The notes below the pieces were generated by a model. That model ran no database searches. It worked only from the letters and a program-made list of their open reading frames with translations, and was not told where the DNA came from. A DNA stretch of 63,455 nt, the filler included, from Octopus bimaculoides (Eukaryota): the NCBI RefSeq assembly GCF_001194135.2. It is 7 parts of 6 records of this genome, joined end to end, with 100 filler letters (N's around TTAATTAATTAA, not from the genome) between each part and the next. Parts side by side here need not be neighbours in the genome. Positions count along the whole stretch, not along the records: positions 7,888 to 14,733 come from NC_068984.1; positions 14,834 to 17,001 come from NW_026341178.1; positions 17,102 to 34,944 come from NC_068990.1; 4 more parts are not named here. One strand, 5' to 3'. Positions 11,965 to 23,325 of the stretch are shown here, one piece after another. Every line of letters begins with the position of its first letter. Position 1 is the stretch's first letter. A program made the translations under genes and the position numbers.

Positions 11965-12042
11965 GAGCTATAGTTTGCAGTTGTTTTAGAACTGATATCT
12001 TTATATAATAGGTAATAAGTCTCTCTCTTTTCTACTGTTTAG

Positions 12043-12116
12043 CACCATTGTCGGCTCTGTGGAGGAATTTACTGCCACAACTGTACTAGTCGTCAAATAA
12101 TGACAGCTCACAGCAG
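12043..12116 (+). CDS. FYCO1: FYCO1-like exon, FYVE core
   Basis: tttag acceptor and gtaaga donor: HHCRLCGGIYCHNCTSRQIMTAHS. Spliced to the previous exon it gives the FYVE signature RKHHCRxCG. Confidence 0.9.
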
Positions 12117-12644
12117 GTAAGAAACATCTCTTAATCAATTCCTACTTTCTAATTAGAGTTTAATTATTGTAGTTACTATGTAATTATTTAATTATTGTAT
12201 TGAAGTTACAGTTAAAGAATTACTTGTGTGCAAACAAAGTTTATTTCAATGCTATTTCATACTATAAGATTAGGTCTGTAGGTATCAGCCATTACTATTT
12301 GCAATAGACATCTTTTGTATTTATATAAGCATATATATTATGTTATATTATATTATATATATGTTTGTGTAGAAAATAAAAGAGAAGGGACATAAACCTT
12401 TTATATTTATATATATCCTTTGAGTTCTTTTACAGGAAATGTTTTGAATATGCATAAAAAAGCTATTTTATTATGCCGGCTTCAGCCTAATGATACCAAC
12501 TGGCAATAGCAGTTTTTGGGGGTTGTACCAAGCTGTGCCAATATGATGTAGGATAAATATAGTAATAATGATAATAATCTATGGCATTAAATTATTTATA
12601 AATTCCATCCATAGATTATTATTATTATCATTATTATTATTATC

Positions 12645-12835
12645 CTGAGTGGTTGGCGTTAGGAAGGGTATCCAGCTGTAGAAACTCTGCCAAATTAGAT
12701 TGGAGCCTGGTGTTGCCATCCGGTTTCACCAGTCCTCAGTCAAATCGTCCAACCCATGCTAGCATGGAAAGCGGACGTTAAACGATGATGATGATGATGA
12801 TGATTATTATTATTATTATTATGACTATGTATATG

Positions 12836-12876
<41 letters not shown>

Positions 12877-13085
12877 GCCAGTACCTCCTGACTGGCCTTC
12901 GTGCCGGTGGCATGTAAAAGCACCCACTACACTCTTGGAGTGGTTGGCGTTAGGAAGGGCATCCAGCTGTAGAAACTCTGCCAAATCAGATTGGAGCCTG
13001 GTGTAGCCATCTGGTTTCACCAGTCCTCAGTCAAATCATCCAACCCATGCTAGCATGGAAAGCGGACGTTAAACAACGACGACGA
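12645..13085 (+). mobile_element. Two near-identical RTE 3' ends in tandem
   Basis: 12645-12805 and 12874-13085 both end ggaaagcggacgttaaac plus (GAT)n or (GAC)n. Confidence 0.85.
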
Positions 13086-14215
13086 CACACACACATGTAT
13101 AATTTAAATGAAAACCAGCTGCCATGAATGTTATAATATGAAAAGCAGTCTATCCAATTTACTTGAGCTCTTATTAATAGTGTATTTATCAGCAGTGCCT
13201 TTGTGGGCAGTTGAAAAGCGTCCTTGTTTACTGATGAAATCTCAATATAGTATTGAAACTAGTTTGGTTTTCTTTTTCTATCTCTGAACATACTGAATAC
13301 ATGAGTGGTCCAAAAGTCAAAGAGGTCTAAAACTTGAATAATTTTAAAAATTAATTATTTGTTTTGTAGTTTTTCTTGAATATTGTCATTAAATATTGAA
13401 ATGTCACAAAGGGGTTGAAATATTTAATAAGAAATTTTTAGAAAAACGCAAGATAGTAATTAAAAGAAAATTATTAAAATTTCAAACTCCTTTCTCTCTA
13501 TAGGTCCATCCTGTATAAAGACAAGATATTTACAAATAATATATACAGTGCTGGATAAATTCTATCACTATGTATCATAGCACATTATCATAATTACAGT
13601 ATGTTATTATAACTATATTGTGAGGGTGCCTGGCCAAGTGGTTAGGGTGTTGCACTCATGGTCACGAGATCATGGTTTCAATATCTGGGCCAAGTGGTGC
13701 ATTGCATTCTTGAGCAAAGCACTTCATTCCATCTCACATTGCTTTGCAGTCCCTTTAACATCTGACTTAATGTACACCGTGTACCTGTTCAGGCAATGTC
13801 GATTTGATAGAGGGAGTGAGCTGATGTAGAGCACATACATTTGATCACTATAAGCAAATCATTTGTGCTGGTTGTCCAGCAAGAAACTGCAGAACTCTCT
13901 TTCTCAGACTACAAGTGATTACAATCATCATCATCATCATCATCATAACTACATTATTATTATTGTATAATAATTGCCATATAATTTTTGTTTATAATTA
14001 CAATATAATCAGTGTATTATAATACTGTATAATTATCGTATTATAACTACAGTATTATATTGTACACTTCATATATTGTGTCTACAAGTATTCTTATTAA
14101 GCTTAGGTCTTTAAACTATAACAATATAACGTTGTACATACTTTATAATTACTGGATTTTTAATACTGTATTTATTATTGCTTTGTAATTACTACGATAT
14201 TGTATCAGATTTAAT

Positions 14216-14410
14216 GTTATAACCACATCATATTAAAAACACTGGTTCTCATTTGATCACTAAAGTTAAGCAACATCAATCTTAGTTAATATTTAGATGG
14301 GTAACTGCTTGGGAAACCTAGGGCTGTATTCAAAACCTTCAGCTCTCCCTTCAAGGTGGTGTCCCAGTATACTGCACTCCAATGACTGAATTAAGTAAAA
14401 AAAACAAGAG
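14216..14410 (+). mobile_element. 5S-rRNA-derived sequence plus family B SINE tail (SINE3-like)
   Basis: 14216-14330 aligns by eye to metazoan 5S rRNA (aaaacactggttctc..gatcac.aaagttaagcaac...ttagatgggt.actgcttgggaa). It is followed by ggtggtgtcccagtat...aatgactgaattaagtaaaa. Confidence 0.75.
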
Positions 14411-14442
14411 ATAATTACTGCATTATTTATTTTTATTACATA

Positions 14443-14533
14443 CTAGCAGAAATACCCGGCGTTGCCCGGGTTAAAGAGAATAATGAAATCTAAAAACGCC
14501 GTCTAGACTACGCATCATCTTTATATATAGAGA
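14443..14533 (-). mobile_element. 91-bp non-autonomous mini-Helitron
   Basis: Minus strand starts TC (TCTCTATATATAAAG), ends CTAG, has the subterminal hairpin CCCGG-GCAACG-CCGGG 8 nt before the end, and sits between A and T. Confidence 0.8.
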
Positions 14534-14733
14534 TGTATATACACACACGCACCCAAACACACGTATATATATGTATATCAATATAAATATATGAAAGTCA
14601 ATGAAGTTTCGTAAAAGAAGGTGATCATGTACATACTTTCTTGCTGTTGTGATTATAACACCTCATTGTAAACTATGTTCCTTGTTTTCCCTTGTGGAGC
14701 ATATACAAATAGTTTTTTTGTTGCTGCCCACTC

Positions 14734-14833
14734 NNNNNNNNNNNNNNNNNNNNNNNNNNNNNNNNNNNNNNNNNNNNTTAATTAATTAANNNNNNNNNNN
14801 NNNNNNNNNNNNNNNNNNNNNNNNNNNNNNNNN
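14734..14833. other. Artificial scaffold spacer 2
   Basis: 44 N + TTAATTAATTAA + 44 N. Confidence 0.95.
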
Positions 14834-15175
14834 ATATATATAAATATTCTTTATTTAAAAGCAGCAGAAATATAACAAAAAACTGGTCCCTTCCCCAAAA
14901 ATTTCAGGGCCTTGTGCTGCCTTCACTAGAAAGGATCATTATTATTATTAAAGCAAGGAGCTGGCAGAACCGTTAGCACACCAGGCAATATGCTCAGTGG
15001 TTTTTTTTTTTTACCCATCTATACATTGTGTTCAAATTCCACTGAGAGCGATTTTGCCCTTCACCCTTTCAGAGTTGATAAATTAAGTACCAGTTATGCA
15101 CTGGGGTTGATGTAATCGACTAGCCCCCTTCCCCCAAAAAATTTTCAGGGCCTTGTGCCTTGAGTAGATATAGTT

Positions 15176-16022
15176 ATTACTGAGTAAGAGAGCAGTGCAT
15201 GCTATCACAGTGATACTGGGGTACAAATATACGAAGCCCATTATACCCATCATGACTACCCGTCTGATAAGGGTACACCAGGCACATGCATCACAACCAT
15301 ATGTGCGTGACATGGTGATCTCATATCAAGATAAACAGCGCATGACCTTGCAGGTGGGGCCCAGTTAGAATTTTTTTTCAGGTCCAGTAGCCCATCCCGC
15401 TCAAAATGTCCCTGAATAAGAGTTGTTTAAGAATGTTGAACGAAACACCCATGTTTCCAAAGGTGAATTATCCAAACCCCAAAGAATTCCNNNNNNNNNN
15501 NNNNNNNNNNNNNNNNNNNNNNNNNNNNNNNNNNNNNNNNNNNNNNNNNNNNNNNNNNNNNNNNNNNNNNNNNNNNNNNNNNNNNNNNNNNNNNNNNNNN
15601 NNNNNNNNNNNNNNNNNNNNNNNNNNNNNNNNNNNNNNNNNNNNNNNNNNNNNNNNNNNNNNNNNNNNNNNNNNNNNNNNNNNNNNNNNNNNNNNNNNNN
15701 NNNNNNNNNNNNNNNNNNNNNNNNNNNNNNNNNNNNNNNNNNNNNNNNNNNNNNNNNNNNNNNNNNNNNNNNNNNNNNNNNNNNNNNNNNNNNAAGACAA
15801 AACAATGTACATGATAACACTTCCAATCAGTTAAGATCAGAAGCCATGAGAGCCACTGCCTGGTACTGCATCAGGGCATTAGCAAATCTGTGGTATTGAG
15901 CAGAATATTTGCTGTAGCCCATCTTTCATACCAAGACAAAACAATGTACATGATAACACTTCCAATCAGTTAAGATCAGAAGCCATGAGAGCCACTGCCT
16001 GGTATTGCATCTTGGCATTTAA

Positions 16023-16058
<36 letters not shown>

Positions 16059-16060
16059 CA
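15176..16060 (+). mobile_element. Unclassified interspersed repeat ending in (ATT)n, with an internal 139-bp tandem duplication
   Basis: aagacaaaacaatgtacatg...gccactgcctggta occurs at 15794 and 15933. The simple-repeat tail suggests a retroposon 3' end. Confidence 0.5.
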
Positions 16061-16211
16061 TCATCATCATCTCAGTCATTCTCTCTCAATAACAGCAGCT
16101 AGCATTGTAAACATTATGAAACAAAAGTGGTGAAACAGTAACAGGTTGAATGGTGGTGATGTTGGTGATGGTGTGAGAGATTGAAGACAAAGAACAGGGC
16201 AAATGAAAGGC

Positions 16212-16249
<38 letters not shown>

Positions 16250-17001
16250 TTGTCTGTCTGTCTGTCTGTCTCTCCTTTCCTCCTTGTTACTGAAGAAACC
16301 GATATGTAACAATCTACTGAATGAATAGAGAAACAGCAAAGGAGGAGGACACACAGACAGAAAACTAGAGTATTTGAGTGTAAACACATGCAAACATACA
16401 TACATACATTCGTACACGTACACACACACACACACACACACAAATTCTGTCTTACATCAAGAGATACTTATGCAAGAAATACCTCTCGGTGACATCAATC
16501 TATGTATAAACAAGTGTGTAATGTATACACTATATACACACACAAGTGTGTTTAAGATGATGTGTGTATATGTACCATACACACACACAAACACGCAGGT
16601 AATTAAGTAAGTATGTACATGCACACAAGTCTTAGTTTCTGTGTATATATATTTAAACTTGGGTGAGTGCGCACTATACATACACACACACACACACATA
16701 TATATGTATGTATATACACATATATATATATATATGCATACACAAATTATTAACACATACCTGTATGTATACATGCATACACACACACATATATATATAT
16801 ATTTATGTAATAGCTACCCCAATCCCACAAATACTTGACACTAGTTGTACACATTTAGTACAATAGAGGTGCGATTCCACTCAACAAAGAAATATTTTCT
16901 TCACACTTCTCTGCAACGGAGGATGGCAAAATCCAGAATATTTTTAGTACAACACACACACACACACACACAAACACAGCATCATCCACACACACACACA
17001 C

Positions 17002-17101
17002 NNNNNNNNNNNNNNNNNNNNNNNNNNNNNNNNNNNNNNNNNNNNTTAATTAATTAANNNNNNNNNNNNNNNNNNNNNNNNNNNNNNNNNNNNNNNNNNN
17101 N
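17002..17101. other. Artificial scaffold spacer 3
   Basis: 44 N + TTAATTAATTAA + 44 N. Confidence 0.95.
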
Positions 17102-17336
17102 TGAAGAGAAGTGGGAGTGGAGAGAAGTATGAAGAGAGGTGAAGAGACGTACAAAGAAGTAGGAGTCGGAGCAGGAGGTGGGGGAGGGGAGAGATGGGTG
17201 GTAGGAGGGAGGGTGGGGGAGAGAGACAGGAGGAGGGGGTTATACACATATACATATATATTGATATATATATATATATGTACTATATATCTTTAAATGT
17301 ATATGCTCATATATAAAAATAAATAAATAAATATAT

Positions 17337-17487
17337 AGGCTTAGGAGTGCCTGCGTGGTAAGAAGCTTGCTTCGTAGCCACATGGTTCCGGTTTCAGTAC
17401 CACTCTGAGGCACCTTGTATCTTTTATTATACCCTCGAGCCGACCAAAGCATTGCGAGTGAATTTGGTAGACGGAAACTGAAAGACA
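17337..17487 (+). mobile_element. 5' half of family B SINE (tRNA head plus core)
   Basis: ggcttaggagtgcctgcgtggtaag...ccgaccaaagcattgcgagtgaatttggtagacggaaactgaaag. Confidence 0.8.
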
Positions 17488-18157
17488 CTACAATGATATA
17501 TTAATATGTTAAGATATATTAAACTCACTATCGTACGCGTGGCGCGCTATTAATTAGAAACCAAAAAGGAATTGATAAATAAAGGGTGCAAAATAGCACG
17601 AGCGATTACTAAAAATAAGCGTAAAAAAAAGTAGTGGCTTTTTGAAAGCCACAAAAGACATTAACCCCATTACATTTACGGGAAGTGGGCGCAGCAAACT
17701 AAAAGGACCTTTCCCTAGTGAGATAGACTCAGCAGAAGATAGCTGGATCAGGGCCGTCACATGGCTTTTAGACGTCCCCTGCAATTTTTTGTTTTGAGGC
17801 CCCATGTCTTCAATCATAATTCATAATCTATGCACCTTTATTATCTGTGAAAATCAAATATAGTCCCCTACAGCTTGTATTTTAGAATCATCACAGTTGA
17901 CTCTGCTGAGATGATTCTAAATACAACACATAAAAAAAAAATAACGGTATATCTTTTTTCTACCCTTCTGTGCATAGATAGATACACACATACATACACA
18001 TACACACAAACTTCTCTTTGTTCTTGGTACAGAAAGAATTTTGTCGCCAGTTTTTATTGCCTTAGGAGGTCAAAGGCCACTGTTCTGGGTACAAAGTCAC
18101 TAGCTTTTCAACAACGTCACATAACAACGCCAAATATATGCATATATATATACACGC

Positions 18158-18212
<55 letters not shown>

Positions 18213-18769
18213 GAACGGAGAAGGAGGGAGAGACAGAGATACTAAGAGACGTGTGTGTGTTTGGTACACGTCTATCTCCCGCTCTCTCTCTCTCTATCCC
18301 TCTATCTGAGCTGGCCAGTTCCTTGTTAATGGACTCGGTAGACCGAAATAGATAAAAGCCAGACGTATATATGTGTGAGTGTGTATGTATGAATGTGTGT
18401 ACGTATGCCTGTGTGTGTATTTTTGTATGTACGTATAAGTACACAACCCCAACCTTTCATCACCATTGCTTCTTTTTCTTGTTTTTTCTCTTGAAGTTTT
18501 CCTATTTTCATTGTTTTGGATTAAATACTACGGCTGACTCGACTAACAACCATTACTACCACCATCCCGACACCTCCACTACCACCAACAACATTATACA
18601 CCATACTGACCAACAAAAATATAACAGCTTAAACACTTCAACCACCACCAACACGGCAGCCATAACAATGACTGACCAGCCACCGACTCTATGCGCCCTA
18701 CTAAAACCACCCACAGGTCCCCACCTAATACATCCATACCAATGACAGTCACTCCCGCTGCTGCTGCTT

Positions 18770-18930
18770 GTTACAGACATCACTGATGTCCTTACGCAGG
18801 AAGACAAACAACTGCTAAGCTACGGACCCAAACTCATTCTAACACAACTCAATGACAAATTGAAACTGGAGATACGGTCCAACTTCTGTTGGACAGCTTA
18901 CCAACTAAAATGGATTACGGCCCTTAAACC
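18770..18930 (+). mobile_element. Penelope-like element fragment, region N-terminal to the RT
   Basis: Open frame VTDITDVLTQEDKQLLSYGPKLILTQLNDKLKLEIRSNFCWTAYQLKW resembles the PLE motif LT..E..LL..G.KF......F.R..Y.L.W (from memory). Confidence 0.55.
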
Positions 18931-19599
18931 CCCTCTCCCCTCACCACGTCATCGCTGCCAATATCTTCGCCTCACTGTCGACATCATCACCGATATTACC
19001 CTCACCATCATCTGCATCTTCTTCTACATCTTCTTCCCCATCACCAACTTTACTGTCTTCATCACCGTCATCGTCATCATCTACTCCTTTGGGGGTAGAT
19101 GATGACGCCATAGTTTTCAAATATTAGCTGACCAACTAAGTTGTAGGATTAACTTTGACATCACCCTACTACTCATAGGGATATTGGGATTAGGTTTTTC
19201 TTAATAAGTAACAAGTAATAACATCGCACTAAGGTTTCACCTAATTTTTCTTTCATTGATATACTTATATATTTAATTTCTCCAAACAGGTTCAATTTAA
19301 CTTAATTCTGCCAATTCCTTTTATGACGCTCTATTAGATGGCAGTTAGCCTCTAACTTCTGACGCTGTGACATGGATCATACCATTAAATTAACTACACA
19401 ACGTCTTACCCTCGCTATTCCCCCCAGTATAATTGAAGCACGATGTAACCCTCACAGTCTGCGGAAATTTTTCCTGGAAGTGACTTTCTTTACCGTAAGA
19501 TGTAATACCATGGATCATGACAGCATCTTGAAATGACGTTCTTACCATTCCTTACTTTCTTAGGAAGGAATTTCAACCATGTTTAGTGGTCTGCTACCA

Positions 19600-20580
19600 C
19601 AACAGCTCCTTTATAGGATCCAGTTAGCTCAAGACATCATCAGGAGGAACCACGTCCGGTTTCGGCCCCTATTCCTCTACCGTTTTGACGTGGCGGGGCC
19701 CCTCCTTTCGGAGGTGTCTTCAGCTCTGGTGTTGGGTGCATGTCTTCTTTCTTCTATTCCCTGGCCTCTTCGATGCAGCATCAACGAGTGTCAGCGTCCG
19801 ACTGATCGTCATGTCAAGTTCCCCTTTTTATATCTGCTGCTAGGCTCCAGCAGGCAGCCCCAGCTAGTTGTCACGTGACACTGTCTAAATTTCCCGCTGC
19901 TNNNNNNNNNNNNNNNNNNNNNNNNNNNNNNNNNNNNNNNNNNNNNNNNNNNNNNNNNNNNNNNNNNNNNNNNNNNNNNNNNNNNNNNNNNNNNNNNNNN
20001 NNNNNNNNNNNNNNNNNNNNNNNNNNNNNNNNNNNNNNNNNNNNNNNNNNNNNNNNNNNNNNNNNNNNNNNNNNNNNNNNNNNNNNNNNNNNNNNNNNNN
20101 NNNNNNNNNNNNNNNNNNNNNNNNNNNNNNNNNNNNNNNNNNNNNNNNNNNNNNNNNNNNNNNNNNNNNNNNNNNNNNNNNNNNNNNNNNNNNNNNNNNN
20201 NNNNNGGAGGGCGCAAAGCCACTTCAGTGTCAGCCTGTCTCACCTAGACATGTTATGACTTTCAAGCCATATTCGGTCTTCCCACTTCAGCCATATATAG
20301 AAGCTGGCTTTTTCGACCGCCTCCTGTATCCTCCTTATCAGTTTTCTCAGTTCCGAGTTTGAAAACGCAAATCTTCTCTTGAATAGCGTTGTCATTTTTC
20401 TTTCAATGAAGCCTCTAGCCCCCACTGCCAGATGGTAGTACTCGACAGTCCATCCCTGTTCTCTGCACTCTTCGATTAGTTTTTCATATCTCTTCTCCTT
20501 TCGTTTCTCTGCATTGTCGATGTTTTCTTCCCATGGTACTGTCAGTTCTAGCAAGATTCCTATTCTCTGTTCTGTGTTCC
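19600..20580 (-). mobile_element. 5'-truncated RLE-type (HERO/NeSL-like) non-LTR retrotransposon: endonuclease C-terminus plus probable 3' UTR across the gap
   Basis: ORF 20240-20554 LELTVPWEENI..A..RK..RY..L..EC..QGW...VG.RGF...EAVEKASFYIWLK matches the restriction-like endonuclease E-x-T-V-P-W / RK..KY motif. The GC-richer flank at 19600-19901 is assigned to the element by inference. Confidence 0.75.
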
Positions 20581-21176
20581 ATATATATTATTTTTATTTA
20601 ACTTTATTATTTTGACTTACTTCTCCACATATTAGTTTCCTAACATTTGGTCTCTCTGATGAAGCCTTGGGGCTCAACCATTGTCCAATCTTAGGTCCAA
20701 TGTTTGTTCATCCCTGTATATCACTACTGGCCCGATGCGAAAATTTCGAAGATTTGGCAACTCCATGGTAGGAACAGCTGCAACAGTTTAGTATTTGTAC
20801 ACTCATCATATTATTTGTCTGTTTTTATTTATATATTTATACACTTATTTATTTGCTTATTTCATTCGTTTATTTGGATCACTTATACATATGATTGTAA
20901 TCAATTAATAAATAGGTATAATTGAATGTTTACAGGCTGATGTTCGTCGATTGTTTATCCTTTCCATTTTCTTATTTGCCTTATAAATCCTGGGTAAATT
21001 TCTGATTTACCCCACCCATACCTAGTATTCAATTGCGATATTGCTCTGCCATAGTAAGCACTTTGATATAAATACGTAGGTATACATCCAGTAGTATATT
21101 GGATATTTAACATCCCTTAGATGGTTATTTAACCTAACTCATACAGACATATATATATATATATANNNNNNNNNNG

Positions 21177-21370
21177 ATTTTCGGGCGATTTTTGTATACT
21201 GATCCTTTACTTGCTCCCCAGACCAAAAACGTCTGACGTTGTTAAATCAGGTGACCTTGGTGGCCAAAGCCCCTTCGAAATAATCTGTTCCTCGTAAAAC
21301 TCTTGAAGTAGCGCCATGGTAATGCGCAGGAAGAAAAATTTCACTGCGGAGAGACTTTTTGAGCATCCTC
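21177..21370 (-). mobile_element. Tc1/mariner transposase relic with one terminal end
   Basis: WPPRSPDL motif (ORF 21207-21416) next to a TIR-like ggatgctcaaaaagtc and TA-rich flank. Confidence 0.75.
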
Positions 21371-22271
21371 TCTCTCTATATATATATATTCCCAGAACTG
21401 TTAGAACATGAAACAAAATATTTTAATTTAGTTAAAGTGATTTACGTTGTGAGCACAAATTCTGACGAGATCAATATTGTCTTTCATCATTCAGCGATCG
21501 ATAAATTATAATACCAGTCACACAGTTCAGCATGATCCACTATACCCCAACTTAATTTTGAGGCCTTGTGCCTTTGGAAGAAATCAATATTTACTTTTCA
21601 TACATTAGCCGATAATCAAACAAGTTAGATCAATTAGAAATATTGTTCGTAATCTTCCTATCTTTTTACATAACGATGCCAAATCTCTTGAAATTATTCA
21701 ACAAAAATATCTTCTTATAAAGCAGAACAAGTTATTTCACATTGATGCCCAATACTGAAAAATAAAAAAAAAGTTTTAATAATTAATACTTGGATTCCTT
21801 TCATTTTGTTTCTCGTTACTCAGGGTTAAAAACCACAGAAGAAATTATAATTACTCCAATTGTAAACCCTACTCATGATGCGATTTGATACGTTATTGTG
21901 AATCAAACGGCAGTTTCAAAAATTTCCTAAATTGTCTTTCATCTTCGTTTTCTTGTTCAGTGGAACGTGATTATTCTCTGAGCTTCGAATAAATATGAGC
22001 TGATTTTATCGAATTATTGACTAAATATCCCAAGAGATTCTATATTGCTTCGGCTAAATAGGCACCAGAGTATTCTGGTTTTTTCAGAATTTGTCAATAT
22101 TTATTGGTAACTTTTCTCATCTAGACTGTTATCGCAACTATAAACCTCAATCATTCGTTCGTTCCTGTTCTCGTTGTTATTTGTCCTTAGTACCATCTCT
22201 GAGTGAGCAGTCTTATGACGAGAGGAATGCTATCCACATACATCTGCATTTTTTTTTATATCAGGCATACT

Positions 22272-22620
22272 AAAGGGCAAAGAGCCCCTTCGGTTATGAA
22301 TGACCACGGGATTTCACCTAGAAATTTACTCTTCGAGGTAAAAGTCTGAGCAGAGTTGTTTATGGATGAGCAGCAGTCGCCTATGCATATCAGACTCCCC
22401 TCTCCACGCCACCGATGTTACTCAAGAGAAAAGCAAAGGCCGATACAGCCTGGCACCAGTGACGTCACAATTCATTTCTACAGCTAAGTGAACTGGAGCA
22501 ACGTGAACTAAAGTAAGTGTCTTACTGAATAACACAGCACACAGCTCAGTCCGGAAATCGAACTCATTATCCCATGATTGTAATCCCGACACTCGAACCA
22601 CTGGGTCATGCGCCTTCAGG
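22272..22620 (-). mobile_element. Near full-length tRNA/CORE-type SINE
   Basis: The reverse complement starts gaaggcgcatgacccagtggttcg...gagttcgatttccggac, then ctccagttcacttagctgtagaaatg. Related heads lie at 8990, 10520 and 13620. Confidence 0.7.
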
Positions 22621-22689
22621 CATTGTACTGACCGAAATATTAGCTAAACATACACTTTGATGAATCCAAATTGGAATCTAATATTAACT

Positions 22690-23325
22690 AATATCAACCG
22701 GATGAAATCTTCAGGTATGCCTAGAAGTGGTCGTCAGGGACATTGATTGGACAGGTGGATATCAATAGCAAGCTACTAACACAACTCCGATTCACATATG
22801 ACATGTATTCATATTAGAAAGTACGGCACAGCTACAGAATGACCGTACTGATGGAGCAGGACACCCATAGCGCAGCATTCGGCACGCAAATCAAAATCTA
22901 GCTGTCCATTGCAAGTGTCGAATCATTGCCTATTATATGACAGTGAAACGTGGACACTGGCAAATAAATTATCAAACGGACTAAATGGATGCTACGAATG
23001 GCCCTAAATGGTAAATGGCAGCAACATATGAAAAATGAATGCCTTTATGGAGACCTGCCGAAATTTTATGAGAAGATCAGGCAAAGAGAGATGCGACTGT
23101 CTGGTCGCAGCTTGCGCCGATCTGAGTTGGAAGTATCCAAATTAGTCTTGTGGAACCCACTTTATGGTGATGTGAGAAGAAGAGAAAGTTTCCACCCCTA
23201 CATCGACAAGTTAATTGCAGATACTGGCCTAGAATGTATCCAGAACCTCGAGGCCGTGATGATGGACCGAGAAGTGTGGCAGGTAGACTTTGTTGCTGCA
23301 GCCCGGGTTGGAACCCGGCCATAAT
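22690..23325 (+). mobile_element. RTE-clade LINE C-terminal fragment (second RTE family)
   Basis: YDSETWTL...GCY.MLRMALN..W.QH..NE.LYGDLPK..EKIR.R..RL.G...LVLW.P...YID.L..DTGL...M.DR..W is a typical RTE C-terminus. Confidence 0.8.

Noticed and set aside
7565-12116. Kinesin exon next to FYCO1 (a kinesin adaptor for autophagosomes), suggesting a functional gene cluster or fusion
   Set aside because: They are separated by an artificial spacer (7788-7887), so they are on different scaffolds. FYCO1 is also known to work with kinesin-1 rather than KIF17.
13225-13290. CTGATGA...GAAAC with a possible 6-bp helix I
   Set aside because: Helix II is weak and helix III cannot pair at the cleavage triplet. 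Consistent with chance in AT-rich DNA.
17635-17660. Histone stem-loop-like GGCTTTTTGAAAGCCacaaaag
   Set aside because: The loop is 3 nt rather than the required 4, and there is no histone ORF upstream.
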